A stretch of 54,896 nucleotides of DNA, filler included, from Jimgerdemannia flammicorona (GCA_003990765.1; 3 parts of 3 records of this genome joined end to end with filler, not necessarily neighbours in it); one strand, 5' to 3'. Numbered from the whole stretch's first letter, positions 13,201-25,380 are shown. The notes: generated from the letters alone by a model not told the origin. Made by a program: numbers and translations.

Positions 13201-15190
13201 TAAGAGAACCCCATGATCAATTGGGTAAACCATTCTCTGACCATCAAGAAAGAATACCACAACTTCAAACTGTAAGGTGAAAAAGACTCAGTCAGCTCTA
13301 GTGACCCTGGACTAAAGATCACCTATATCAACAAGCTACAGCTCAAGAAATTAGTCAAGAAATATCCTCTCTTTATCATCTCCATCCACCCATCCAAAGG
13401 AGAACCCAAGAACTCTGAAGAAAACTTTTCCAAAGTTAACAGTCATGTTAGATCTCTACTCCAGAAATTCTAAGATATATTTCCAAAGAAACTCCCAAAA
13501 GGCCTACCTCCTAAACAAGTAGTAGACTATGCTATTAAGACTATTTCAGATGCCAAGCCAGCCTTCAAATCAATCTACCACATATCTTCAAGAGAAATTG
13601 ATGTACTCAAGAAAGAAATCAATAAACTTCTAGAACAAGGATTTATCAGACCCAGTATATCACCCTATGGTGCACCAGTCCTCTTTGTTGTGAAGAAAGG
13701 AGGAGATCTATAAATGTACATTGATTACCATAACCTCAATGAACAGACTATCAAGAACTGTTGCCCACTGCTCAGAATTGATGAAATATTTGATAGGCTT
13801 ACCAACCCACAATTTATAAGCTCTTTTGACCTGTGAAATGAGTACTGACAGATTGCTATGAAAGAAGAAGACATCTACAAGACAGCCTTCCAAACTCACT
13901 ATAGACACTTCAAGTTCCTGGTTATGCCTTTCAGCTTAACTAATGCTCCTGCAACCTTCTAGACTCTGATGAATACTATTCTGTACTCATATCTAGACAA
14001 ATTTGTTGTTGTCTATATTGATGATATCCTAGTCTTCAGCAAAACTCTAGAGGAACATCTTAAACACCTTAAACTAGTACTACTGAAACTCCAAGAAAAC
14101 TGACTCTTTGTAAAACTCAGCAAATGTGAATTCCTTCTAAAGGAAATCCAATTCCTTAGATACATTATTATGCTGAATAGAATCAAAGTAGACCCCAGCA
14201 AAGTCACTGCAATCAAGAATTGGCCCAGATCCAAGAAGCTGAAAGACCTCCAGTCATTCCTAGGATTAGCAAACTATTACAGGCAATTTATTGCCAACTT
14301 TGCCAAAATCACTACTGCTCTTACCTAAATGACCAAGTACAGCAATAAAGAAGAACAACTCTGGACCACAAAACAAGAAAAAGACTTCAACAATCTTGTA
14401 AATTGGGGACTCAAATAAGATATAGCCTTTTAAGTACTAAAAGATGCCTTGATAACTACTCCAGTACTCTAAGTGGTAAACCCTACCCTACTATATGAAG
14501 TTACTATAGATGCCTCTGACCTAGCCCTTGGAGCAGTACTCATGCAAGAAGAACACCTTGTGGCCTATTACTCTTGAAAGTTCAATGATGCTAAAATCAA
14601 CTATGCAACTCATGAGAAGGAAATGTTAGCCATCATAGACACTCTGATCAAATGGCAACTCTACCTAGAAGAAGCACACTTCACCATATTGACTGACCAC
14701 AAGTTATTAGTCAATATCAAGACCCAGGCTACTCTTTCTCAAAAGCAAGCCAGATGGATGAAAGTTCTCACCAACTTTGACTATGAAATCCAGTACTGCC
14801 CTGGTAAGAAAAATATTGTTATAAATATAATCTTGAGACTACTAATTGAAGAAGTTATCCAAACCCTCATCCTGGTTACAAACTCTGTTATGGAATAAAT
14901 TATTACAGTATATACTAATGATAAGAAAGCTCAAGTACTCCAAGAAATCCTGAGCAGTGATGATACTGATAAGCATACCTGGTACCATCAATACCAACTG
15001 AAGGACAATGCTATCTACTATAAGGACAGATTGTATGTTCCAAATAACCAAGACCTTCAAAGGACTATCCTATTCAAATATCATGATGCTCCTACAGCTG
15101 AACATTTAGGATTTGACAAATGCTACAAAGTTATCTCCCAAAACTTCTATTGGCCCTACATGGTAGATCAGCTAAAGATCTACATCACTT
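10277..15190 (+). pseudogene. Leader frame plus gag-pol pseudogene of copy B
   Basis: gag ATG (MANQQ) is at 11201, preceded by the same 924-bp in-frame leader as copy C. Many stops. 27-bp tandem duplication at 11631-11684. Confidence 0.88.
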
Positions 15191-16563
15191 TTTTTTTTTT
15201 TATTTTTTTTTTTTATAGTCACTTGGACTCTCATTTATTACCCATCTATTAATAAGTTTACAGTACACCCTCTCACTATCTGATCCCCATAAGGGTGCCA
15301 CTTCTCCCACCTACATGAACAAAGACCACTTTCTCACCTATAACTCCAATTCTCTCCCCACTCTGCTTACTGATTTTCTCTATCAAATGATGCCTTTGAT
15401 CCCCCTGCAACCCCCAACCAAGCTACCAGCCTGTTAAGGTGTCTTCCATAAGACTACACTACCTCAGCAGCCTGACCTCTGAGCCAAGTCTCAAAAACAA
15501 ATAACCAGTGACTGGTCAGCCCCACCCAAATGGCCAAGGCCTAGCCTAATGTTAGCCATTCCTTCCCCACCCCCTCCTCCAATCTATCCCTTAAATCCTT
15601 CCATCACCCCCACACTCCAGCTCCCCTACACACTACCCCCAAATGCTCCCCAATGTTCTGCCAAAAGGTACTAAGTACCTCACACTCTCCTAGCTAATGT
15701 TTAGATATCTGCACATATCCCCCTTCCTGCCCTACATTATAACACTCTTCACAGTTAAAGCAACCTCCCTCGATAAGGTGACCTGAACAGAAGTTGAGCA
15801 TGACATTCTGCCTCAGCATATACCACCAGACCACCCAGTACTTTGGCAGCAGCCACCTCCTCACCTTAGCACTCTAGGCCCAAATGTTACACTAGTCTCA
15901 CTCCTCACTGATTCCTACTCCTTGCCAACTGCTAGGCCACAGGTCCTGGCCTGGTCCCCATTGGCATTTGATCTCATCACCAATGTCAAACTCAATTAAG
16001 GGAATGCCACCCAGTAACACTTGGTCCCATCTCCACATTGCTGGGTCCCAAGCTGCCTCCTCTTTATTTCTCTGCCACCTAATTCCAATATGATGCACCC
16101 CTTCTGCCACTCCCCACCAGAAGCCTTTGTATCACAATTGTTCAGTGTTCTAAAGGCCCACAAGTGCTAGGAGATCACCAGTCAAACCCTTGGAGAGAAT
16201 CTCATCTCTCAGACTTTCTGCAGTAGGGGGACCCAACCACCCCCTCTTAACTCCACTGCTCTCTTCAGCCACCATGCTCTCAAGCAGTGCAGCCTCTTAG
16301 GAAAGTCAACCAGCCCAAGTCCCCCACTTGCTACTGGTAAGGATAAGACCTCCCAGCTGATCTGACTCTACCTTCCAGCTCAGATCCACCCCTTGGCCCA
16401 CATCATCAATTACTTCACCACCCAAGCTGGGAAGTCCAGATGATAAGCCAGATACCACAACTTTGGCAGCCAATAGACATTCAGAATCAAAACACATCCT
16501 GCCAGAGATAATTGGCAGCCCCCCCAACTCCACAGAGCCTCCTCCCAGATACCAACCTGCTGC
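15191..16563 (-). mobile_element. L1/Tx1-like LINE, 3' fragment (about 1.35 kb)
   Basis: Poly(T) followed by TATAGTCACTTGGACT; colinear with 26517-27893 (ORF2 C-terminal region). Confidence 0.9.
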
Positions 16564-16716
16564 GAGGGGAGAATTAGAGTGGTGGGTAGGTGGGTTGTCC
16601 TTCGGCAGGGGAGTGGGGTGGGTGGGGAAGGGGACCCGAGGGGTATTGGTTAGGGTGGATGGAGGCATTTATGTATTATCTATAGAGTGTGCGTAATAAA
16701 GGTAAGTCCAAGTGAC

Positions 16717-16755
<39 letters not shown>
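16564..16755 (+). mobile_element. Extremely 5'-truncated LINE 3' tip of a related subfamily
   Basis: Encodes GRIRVVGRWVV...RGIG*, homologous to the ORF2 end GRVGVVGERVV...GIG*. Followed by AATAAA, AGTCCAAGTGACTATA and poly(A) at 16720-16755. Confidence 0.85.
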
Positions 16756-16757
<2 letters not shown>

Positions 16758-17515
16758 AATTATTACATCTCTCTCTTCTTAAGAATTATATAATATCTTT
16801 ATTGAATTTTAAAATTATATAAAAATAACTATACTTAACTAAAATTTCTCAAAATTATAATAAGTATTACAATAAAGAGTTAATTACTTTATTTAGGTAA
16901 GAGCTAAAAGCTTAGCTACACCTTATAAGAAGTAATTCTTGTTATCTAGATATATAATATCTACTAGTGATATACTTACTATATTTATATATAAAAATAT
17001 ATTAAGTAAATAAGTTGAGATTAGAGATGAATACTGTTTTTTTTTATTTAAAATCTTGAGATTAATCAGTAGTTCTCAGATAGTATTATATTAAGAGTAG
17101 TTTATCTATTTAATTAGATACTCAGATCAGTAATAGTAAATTCTCTTATTAAGAATTTTTTTAACTTCATACTTAATATAGTATTTAATAATCACAAAGA
17201 TAGATAGTTTGAGAATTCAATCAGAATAAGATAGTGAATGATTTCAGATCTTGAGATAGGATATATAGAAAACTAAATAGACTTATATATAGTGACAGTC
17301 AAAAGTATATCAATATTTAGTTATTATTAATATTTTAATTATATTATACTTTCAATCTAAATTCTATTTAACCAAAATTTTAAACATTAATAAAATAGCC
17401 TTTAAACTTTTGAATAGTATATGTTTTATTATATTTAGATAATTATGGACATTAATATAACTATTTTAAGTTAAATTATCCATTAGTACTATTTTGACCC
17501 TTCTCAATATATAGA

Positions 17516-17518
<3 letters not shown>

Positions 17519-17605
<87 letters not shown>
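17519..17605 (-). repeat. 87-nt poly(T) tract, possibly a solitary poly(A) retro-insertion
   Basis: Pure T run flanked by the direct repeat ATATAGAC (17509-17516 and 17607-17614), with no LINE body next to it. Confidence 0.55.
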
Positions 17606-17606
<1 letters not shown>

Positions 17607-17697
17607 ATATAGACATTTTGCATGCTATTAATATCTATTATTGTTTCAGATATTCTTTACAACTCTACAATGTTTTTGTATAATATCAATTTAGTTT

Positions 17698-18050
17698 CAT
17701 TGTTCTGATTTCCAAATTAGATTACTTAATGTTTTTCTCAATAACTTAGTGAGTTTTTAGTTGATTTTGATGATCCTGATGCTATTGGAAAGTTATTCTC
17801 AAGAGCTTTTCAAAGATATCAAGGACATTAAAATCAGATGAAAATTTACTGAGTTATCAAGGAAAACATCCAACTTACTGAGTTCAAATGAACATTTTCC
17901 TCAAAATCTCAGTGAATTTTCATCCGATTTTAACGTTTATAATATCATTGTGAAGCTCTCTATAATAGCTTTCCAATGACATCAAGATCATCAAAATTGG
18001 ATGAAAACTCACTGAGTTATTGAGGAAAATGGTTGGTGGTCTAATTGGTA
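17698..18050. repeat. Two tandem imperfect palindromic units of the same family as 1-190
   Basis: CCGATTTTAA...GACATCAAGATCATCAAAATTGGATG matches 49-128. CATTGTTCTGATTTCCAAATTAGA is close to the reverse complement of 165-188. Confidence 0.7.
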
Positions 18051-18235
18051 GAATAATGGTGAGTATCAATAACATAAAAAGAACTCTCAAAAAGGCCAGT
18101 ATATATATGTAAGCAAAAAAAAAAACTGCTTTTGCTGCCTTGTCACATCAAGGCACAATACAAATTTGCAATATAAAGATTGAACCATGATAACCGTAAA
18201 TGGATATAGGCAAGACACAACCTTAAAACCAAACC

Positions 18236-18335
18236 NNNNNNNNNNNNNNNNNNNNNNNNNNNNNNNNNNNNNNNNNNNNTTAATTAATTAANNNNNNNNN
18301 NNNNNNNNNNNNNNNNNNNNNNNNNNNNNNNNNNN
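18236..18335. other. Assembly gap with artificial linker
   Basis: 44 N + TTAATTAATTAA (stops in all six frames) + 44 N. Confidence 0.97.
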
Positions 18336-19470
18336 CCTAGACTATATAGGCCAAAACCCTCCCCCACCACCCACCAAGCACTGCCCCCCCATTAATCTAG
18401 GCTAGCTATTGTCCAGCAGCTCAACCATGCCAGGCACAGCAGGGCCAATAGGCCCGCACCTCATTCTGTGCACTATGCTCTCCCTACCATCAGGGGAAAT
18501 CCAACCATATGCCAATGACTGAAAGCGCATGCCTGAGAACTCAACATATGTATGTACAAGGCCACACCCAAGCTGAATAGAATAGCCCCTGCCACCCCAA
18601 AGAGAATGACAGGCAAATAAAAAAACCCTCATCAAAGCACAACATGGTGGGTAGGGCCTGGTTCTCCCAGTTGAGGTGAGTAAAGGACTTATATGTGAGG
18701 TGGGAGGAAACCCCCAATACCCCACTACTCAAGCCGTGGGCCTCGATCACGTTGCCATGTCAGCTCCCAGTTCCAGTTGAGTGCAGCCAAGATGCCTGAA
18801 ATGGGTAGCCTTGGGCCTCCCGACCCCCCCTGACGACTGGGGCCCAACCCTGCTGACCACCAAAAGAAGCTGATAGTGACACCTACCACCTAACTACGCC
18901 ACACCAATCAAAAGGCCCCACCAAAGCAGTACCTGCCCCAGCCCTGATGACTGCCCCCAGCCTGACACCCTACTGGTTCACCATTATCACCCTTCCACCT
19001 ATCTGTGATGGCCATCTCCCCTCCCATCCTGACAACACCTGAAAAGCAGTCACCTATGCCAGAACCACACTCGCCAGGAAGCTTGCCAAAGCCAGAGGGC
19101 CCCACCACAGGCACCGAGGACCTGCAGGTAACCTACACTGAGCACTTGATGCCCAAGGTCGGCCGACTCCCTATGTAGCCTGAGATACATCAAGACAACA
19201 CCTTGTTGGCGACGGCAAAAGGAAGAAAGTGCTGCACCAAAACCAGTACACCCCAGATACAGCCGAAGGCACCAGAATCTGCAAAAAAGTGGAGGAAGCA
19301 CCAATCCGACACCAATAAAGGGGCAACTCATCACCATTTCCCTCCTCCCACCATGCCCCTGCAGGCACAGCAAACCAACCTGAGATAGAGGGGGTAATAA
19401 TAGGGGAAAGGGGACTCAGAAGGTCGCCTACCAAACCTTGTGACCAGTAAGGTAGCGGAGAAAGGAGCTG
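18336..19470 (-). mobile_element. Unidentified GC-rich element with a LINE-family-like 5' end (possibly non-autonomous)
   Basis: The minus strand begins CCTTTCTCCGCTACC...GGTCACAAGGTTTGG, resembling the LINE 5' ends at 54518, about 32390 and about 52357. It has the same G-rich sense skew but no ORF1 homology that I can see. It interrupts the Gypsy family 2 pol. Confidence 0.45.
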
Positions 19471-19985
19471 TATCTTTATATTCTTCTATTAACTTCTATA
19501 TCTATTATTACTGATTCTTGGTTAGAGTTGTCTTGATGTCAATGACTTTGATTGTTGAGTTTTTCTCTCTGATACTATCAGTCTCACTAGAGAGGACTTA
19601 CTATTTCTCAAAAATTCAAAAACTTCTTTCTCATAGATATCTATCAGTAGTTCAAAATATCCCAGTATTATTTTTTTTGAGAATTATTACTACTTCAAAG
19701 CCCAGGTTTCAAATAGGAATATAAATTAGTAATATCTGAATATAGATTCATTCATCAGCTAGGAGGAGATAATACTTTTTTTAGAGTTTCATTAATAGCT
19801 CAAATATCAGATTGTTGACATCTATGAGTAGATATATATCAAGACCTCTTTATTGATATGGTTAAAAGAGTATATCTTCTTTTGCTTGAATAAGACAGCA
19901 GATATATGATCTCATTTAGCAGAACTGAGCTACTATTGCTAAGTAGACTTTAATAGATATGTAGTAGTTGAGGAGTTCTATTATT

Positions 19986-20360
19986 GCTTCCAAATTTTCC
20001 TTATTCTCTTCTAGTATTGTTCAGTTGATTTTTCTCTTAAATAGTAAGCTGTGATATCTTGATAAATAGAATTTGACAGATAGCTTTCAAGGAATTGAAG
20101 GTTTGATAGTTTCTACTACTATTGCAAATAATGACCTTCAGAGGATCTCAATAATTCTGGTCAATGATTCCTCCTTCTACTGTAATTTCTTTAGCTATCA
20201 GAGATAATCTTGATACTAGTTATCTATAGTATCTATGTGGTATAGTAAGTACAATCTGAAGGTCAAAGATTCTAGTAGTCCTAGGATAGAGTATTGCCTG
20301 ATAGAAGAGATAGAGAATATATCCTACTGATCCTTCTATTTGCACAAGAGAGAGTTGTAC
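19986..20360 (-). pseudogene. dUTPase domain remnant in Gypsy family 2
   Basis: Manual translation gives EGSVGYILY...SRLSLIAKEITVEGGIIDQNY*DPLKVII...AICQILF...RRE*GKFGS, i.e. trimeric dUTPase motifs 1-5 with transition damage. Confidence 0.8.
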
Positions 20361-23300
20361 TCAAGACAATAGCAGTTTGACTTAGATAATTAACTGGGTC
20401 TTGAGAAATGATGTCTCTGTAGTTGCTACTGCAGAAGAGAATTCTATATATTCTGGCTTAAAGAATAATCAATATACTCCAGTCTTTGGATTTCTTATAT
20501 AGTTGAATCTAGTTCTTCTAAGTAGATCTAAGGCTTCTATAAAGGAGAAAGTGAGATTGACTTCTTGTTTACCTTAGTATAGTCAGCAATACCAATAGAT
20601 GATAGTAAGAATTTCTAATAGCAGATCCCAGATAGAGGTCTTGTTCTTAGCTTTGCAGTCTCCTTTATAATTGATCTCTTTATATTTTTGACAGGCCTAG
20701 TAAATTTGAGATTCTTATAAGATGGAATCCTTTCTTTTAACTTTGCTCTTATAGATATATTCACTGAGATAGTTACTTTGATGCTTATATCAGTAGTAGA
20801 TAAAGGTTTTTTCATAATTACAGTATCCTTGCCTGATAAATTCCTCATTCTGCTATTTGATTTCCATATTTATTGGGTACTTCTTTTGATATTTGTCATA
20901 AGTAGATAAAGTGATCTAGAGGACTCAGATGATGATATAGATACTGTTGTTATTGTCTTTGATTATGAGGTTCTCCAAAGGTTGATGAGAGAGGATCTTT
21001 TGTTCTTCTTTTAGATCTTTTTGAAAACTTTAGGAATAGGTAGTTGTGTTCATATAAGGACTGGGGCTCATTTTAACTCATCTTTATTTTCAATTACTAG
21101 TATTGGAACCTTCTTGAGATTAAGGATTTAGCAGTTACTACAGTCATCTCTTGGTGAGTAAAAATGATTGTAGTATTCACATATGCCTAGGTAGAAGGCT
21201 TGTATAATTTAGTTTTTCTTCAGAGGTAGTAGTGGTTATATAGATGGTTCTATAAATTTATATACTACTTCTTCACTAATAGTCTAATTAATGCTTTCTT
21301 CTAAGCTTTCAGTATTGATTACTCCAACAAAAAAAGTCTTCTTGGCTACCTTCAGAGTCTCTAAGAGTATCAAAATCACTTCTTAGCTCTTGCAGAAAAT
21401 TTGCTTTACTTTTATTCTCAGTGATAGTAAGTATATCTCTATGTCCTTACCATTCTATCTCAGAGGCTTGACTTGATTTTCTTGATCCTTTTGACTCAAT
21501 TGGTATCTTGTACTTTTGTCCATAGAAGGTGAAGACTAGGAGTTGCTTCTTAATATTTACATTAGCTCCAACTTGGTATAACCAAGCAGTTCTCAGGATC
21601 AGATCATAGGAGATTACTGGGATTACAATAGCTTAAGATATATTGAGACAGGTTTTTCTAACTTAAATGAATATATCTCTAACTAGTCCAAGGGGGGTAG
21701 ATGCTAATCCATCTATCATAATAACTCTTACTTTGGTTTCTTCATCAATTTTCCATCTAATTCTTTCTAATATTTGTATAGTAATGATACAAACTACTGC
21801 TCCAATATCAACAAAAATTTGGGTATTTTCACCATATACTTTTCTATTAGCTAGTCTTGTAAATTGATGTTCTTAGCACTGATATTCATAAACTGCATAA
21901 ATAGTACTAGACTCCAGTATATATAGTTCTTAGACAGAGATTCTCTTAGTATTTTCTTTGGCTTTCTTGAGGAATTTTTGCCTAACTTCTGGTGTATTCT
22001 TAAAGACTTGTTTGAATGTAGGGCCTATATTCTAAGTACAAAGATATTCTCAAAGTAATACTGCTTCATAGAGTTTACTACTCCCTCAATGTCTAGGTCT
22101 CTTAGAGTGAATTCTCTTATTTCTATTGAGTATTTCATTAGCTAAAGATTCTATACTTATATGTTCTTCTCCTTTGAGCTCAGGCAGAGAGATACTTCTT
22201 AATACTCTTGATAGGCTAGCTTCTGGTTCAGAGGTGTCTCTTCTAACTCTCTTATTATTTTTCTGAGATATATCTAAGGAGGAATAGTTATGTCTCAGAT
22301 GTTTACCTATAGATATGGTTACTGGTAATAGTGGTAGAAGTGGAGTTATTGGGAGTCTTTCTCATTCTCTGGTCTGAGCAGATACTATATCCCAAGTTAC
22401 CTTAGAGGGAAAGGCTTCAAAGTATGAATAGATATCATCTTGGCCATAAAACTAGGCAGCTTCTTCTTCTATTTCTTGAGTCTCTTCATCTATCTAAATG
22501 AGGTTGACATTTCTATTATTAGATAGAGTCTGTTTTTTTGAATATATAATCTTGGTTTCCACAGTTAAAGTAAGTTGAGATATAGAAATCTATTACTGAT
22601 AAATTTATAGTTATAACTAATAGAGTCTGAGTAGAGTTTCTATTATCTTGCTGCCAGTAGTCTGATCTATTATCTTGATAATAATCTTACTGTCTTCCTT
22701 CTTAGTTCTTTAACTAAGTAACTATAATGGCTAGATCTTTTATTTATTTAGTAAGTATTATTATAGAGTTCTCTTGAGTTCTTAGTAGAGGCTACTGTTG
22801 TTATCTATACTGAGTTAAAATTAAGAGTAGGGGTCTGGTCTCATAGTTGGTCAACTGGGCTCTCAAGTAGACATTCTTCTGTTTTGGAGTCATTCTGCAA
22901 GTCTTTGAGATTTTAGCTTAAGCTAGTTCTCAATATTCCTGTACCTACTGGGGGGATCTATAGTCTGCTTCCCAGTATCCTTGTGTTTCAGCAACTTGTT
23001 ACTTGATACTTCAATAGTCCAACCTAATAATTTATCTTCAAAGCTCTGGAAATATTCTATTGAGAAAGGTGGTTGAGGCTAGAGCTAGTTGAACTATAGA
23101 TTGTAAGTTTGTCTTGATCATCTGAGCTTGAATTGATAGTAGAAGCTTTTTGGGGTTTTATTGGTAGCTTGGCTCATATAGATCAAAGCTTCTTATACTT
23201 TCTGTTGATGCTCAAGACCATTGAACTGAGTGCAGAGCTAAGTCTTAGATATTATATCTATTTATATAGTCTCTATTTACTTGAAGATTGTTGACTTGTT

Positions 23301-24388
23301 CTGTTATATAGATTTCTCTTCTAATTTACTTTACTTGGTTGTACTTCTATAGGGCAGAGCCTCTCAGAAGTAATTCTATAATTCTGAGTCTTCTCTATAT
23401 ATCTCACTGCTTGGCTACTGCTTGTACTTTAATTTCTCTAAGGAATTCCTCAATATCTTCACTATCTGTACTATGAAATCTGAAGATAGCTCATCTCTGG
23501 TTCATTTTTACTATCTGAGTCTGATTCTAGGATAGAGTATCTTGATGATCCTTAAGATGGAGATGGTAGAGGTGCTTGATGAACTGGTGGTGCTGGCAGG
23601 AGATAGTGTCTTAGTGAGAATATAAGACGTCTGTCTCTTCTAATTAAAGCTGGAGTAAAGGTTCTTGATAGTGGTAGTTCTCTGATTAAGTGATAGTAGT
23701 CACTAAATACTGAGGTTCTGAGAGGGCTTGAGCTTTTTGTTTCTTGTGGATAGTAATGGAGTATAAGGGATTAGAGTACTAAGATTCTAATAATAGGAAT
23801 AGAACTGATGTAGCTAATGTTCAGTTTGTCTGCCCCTTGCTGTTATGAAGTAGTGGGGTTCTATTTATCTTATCAGGGGTCTATATTTCTGTCTAAGTAG
23901 TGATAAAGATTGAATTCATCTCTTGGGTGGTCTGATTGATTTCTCCAATTGTTATCTTTCTCTTATTCTGGAAGATAAGAATGGTAATCTTCTTCTCTTT
24001 CGGATATTTCAAAATATACTTGATCCAGTAGTATGGCTCAGATAATAACAGTAGTAATATAGTCACTTCTGTCTAAATCTCTTCTATAGATTAGGGTCTA
24101 GTATTCTTTAGGAAAATCTTCTTCTTATTATGGGTCTTGGGTCTGTATAGGCTCAGGTTGTCCTCTGAGACATCTTCTTTCTCTTGAGGTTAAACTATAG
24201 TCTGGGTCACTTCTTTCTTCTGACTCAGTTTCTTGACTACTGGTTCTGAATAGGGTGAGAGCTGTCCCAATAATAATGTATACTTCTCTTCCTAAAGCAG
24301 ACTACTGTTGGCTAATTTCTTCTAAATTCTCTATTATAGATAGCTACTGATTTCTTGAGCTAAATAGTCAAGTCTTTAGAAAACTTTT

Positions 24389-24403
24389 CCAGTTGAGCCT
24401 CCA
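24389..24403 (-). other. Putative PBS of Gypsy family 2
   Basis: TGGAGGCTCAACTGG lies 3 nt after TGTAACA. TGGAGGC resembles tRNA-Thr-type PBSs (inference). Confidence 0.5.
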
Positions 24404-25280
24404 AAATGTTACATGTAATTTGTATAGATTGTTTTTTGAATTGCATAACTTAATGTACCACTGGTTATTTATATGCTATTTATCTCTTCTACTAATAATG
24501 TTCTGGCTCAATGTTCACTTTAACTACTATTCAATTTATTTACACTTCTCACATCAAGTTGGAGTTTACATATTATAAGTCATTAGTCATATGACTGAAT
24601 ATTCAGAATAGTGAAAGGTGAAAGAATATATATTATAGATTCTTTATATTTCTTGGCAATCTAGCATATCCTTAACAGATTGGTAATTGTTCTGATATTT
24701 ATGACTAAGTTTTCTAATAAGTTTTCTGGATCTTATATCTGATTTCTATAGCAGCTTAACTAACTTATATTTTGAGTTTCATGATGATTTTCTGAAGTGG
24801 TATTACTAACTATAGTAGTGTTTCCTAGTCTTATATCTAATTTCATTGCTTTTGATTTTCCTGACAATTGTTTCATAGGTTCTCTATATTTCCTAGTAGT
24901 ATTCTAATATTTTTCAGAGTCTTATATCTTAAGTTTTGGGTCTTGTATCCAATTCTCTATAATAGCAGCAGTTCATATCTTAAATTTTATAATAATTTTC
25001 AAGATAGTGGCAAAATAGCAAGAATAATTCTTTAACTCTTAGAGATAGTATATTTTTCTATAAACTCTTTTTACTTTAGACTTCATCTAATTGAGGTTTT
25101 TTTACTACAGATCAGGGAGTATTTATATAACTTTCAGGCTAAGAATAAGACTAGGTAATTTGTTATAACTCACAATTACTAGAAGATACTATTTCATATA
25201 CTTTTGGAAATCAAGTGACTAACCAGCTAAATAAGATATGTAAGACTAATTTTATATTTGTAATGAATTTGGCTAGTTAA

Positions 25281-25380
25281 TAAGTAGTCACTATTTGTAC
25301 AACTAACCAACTTGCTCAAATTTAGCTAATTAGATAATTACTATTTGTGCAACTAATTAACTTACTCAAATTTGACTAAT
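25281..25380. repeat. Two-copy tandem repeat of about 50 bp
   Basis: ACTATTTGT(A/G)CAACTAA..AACTT.CTCAAATTT..CTAAT is repeated at 50-bp spacing. Confidence 0.6.

Larger units (their letters stand above)
8221..15190 (+). mobile_element. Same Gypsy family, copy B (5' LTR to integrase N-terminus; 3'-truncated)
   Basis: LTR, PBS, gag, dUTPase (about 12289-12696), protease, RT (TAT ATT GAT GAT = YIDD near 14014) and RNase H are present. It stops inside the integrase HHCC region at TACATCACTT, where a LINE poly(T) begins. Confidence 0.95.
19471..24413 (-). mobile_element. Second Gypsy family, heavily hypermutated 5' half (LTR end, PBS, gag, PR, dUTPase, pre-RT)
   Basis: On the minus strand: LTR end TGTAACA (24407-24413) then TGGAGGCTC; zinc-knuckle remnant YFNCGNQDY near 22550-22575; protease IFVDIGAVVCII near 21785-21820 and YDLILRTAWL near 21600; a dUTPase; and a pre-RT KLIEEYKD at about 19472-19495. 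The LTR extends rightward beyond 24413 and its far boundary was not resolved. Confidence 0.8.

Noticed and set aside
18280..18291. TTAATTAATTAA palindrome (also 36611-36622)
   Set aside because: It is centred in exact 100-bp N gaps and has stops in all six frames, so it is an assembly linker. Adjacency across the gaps is therefore uncertain.
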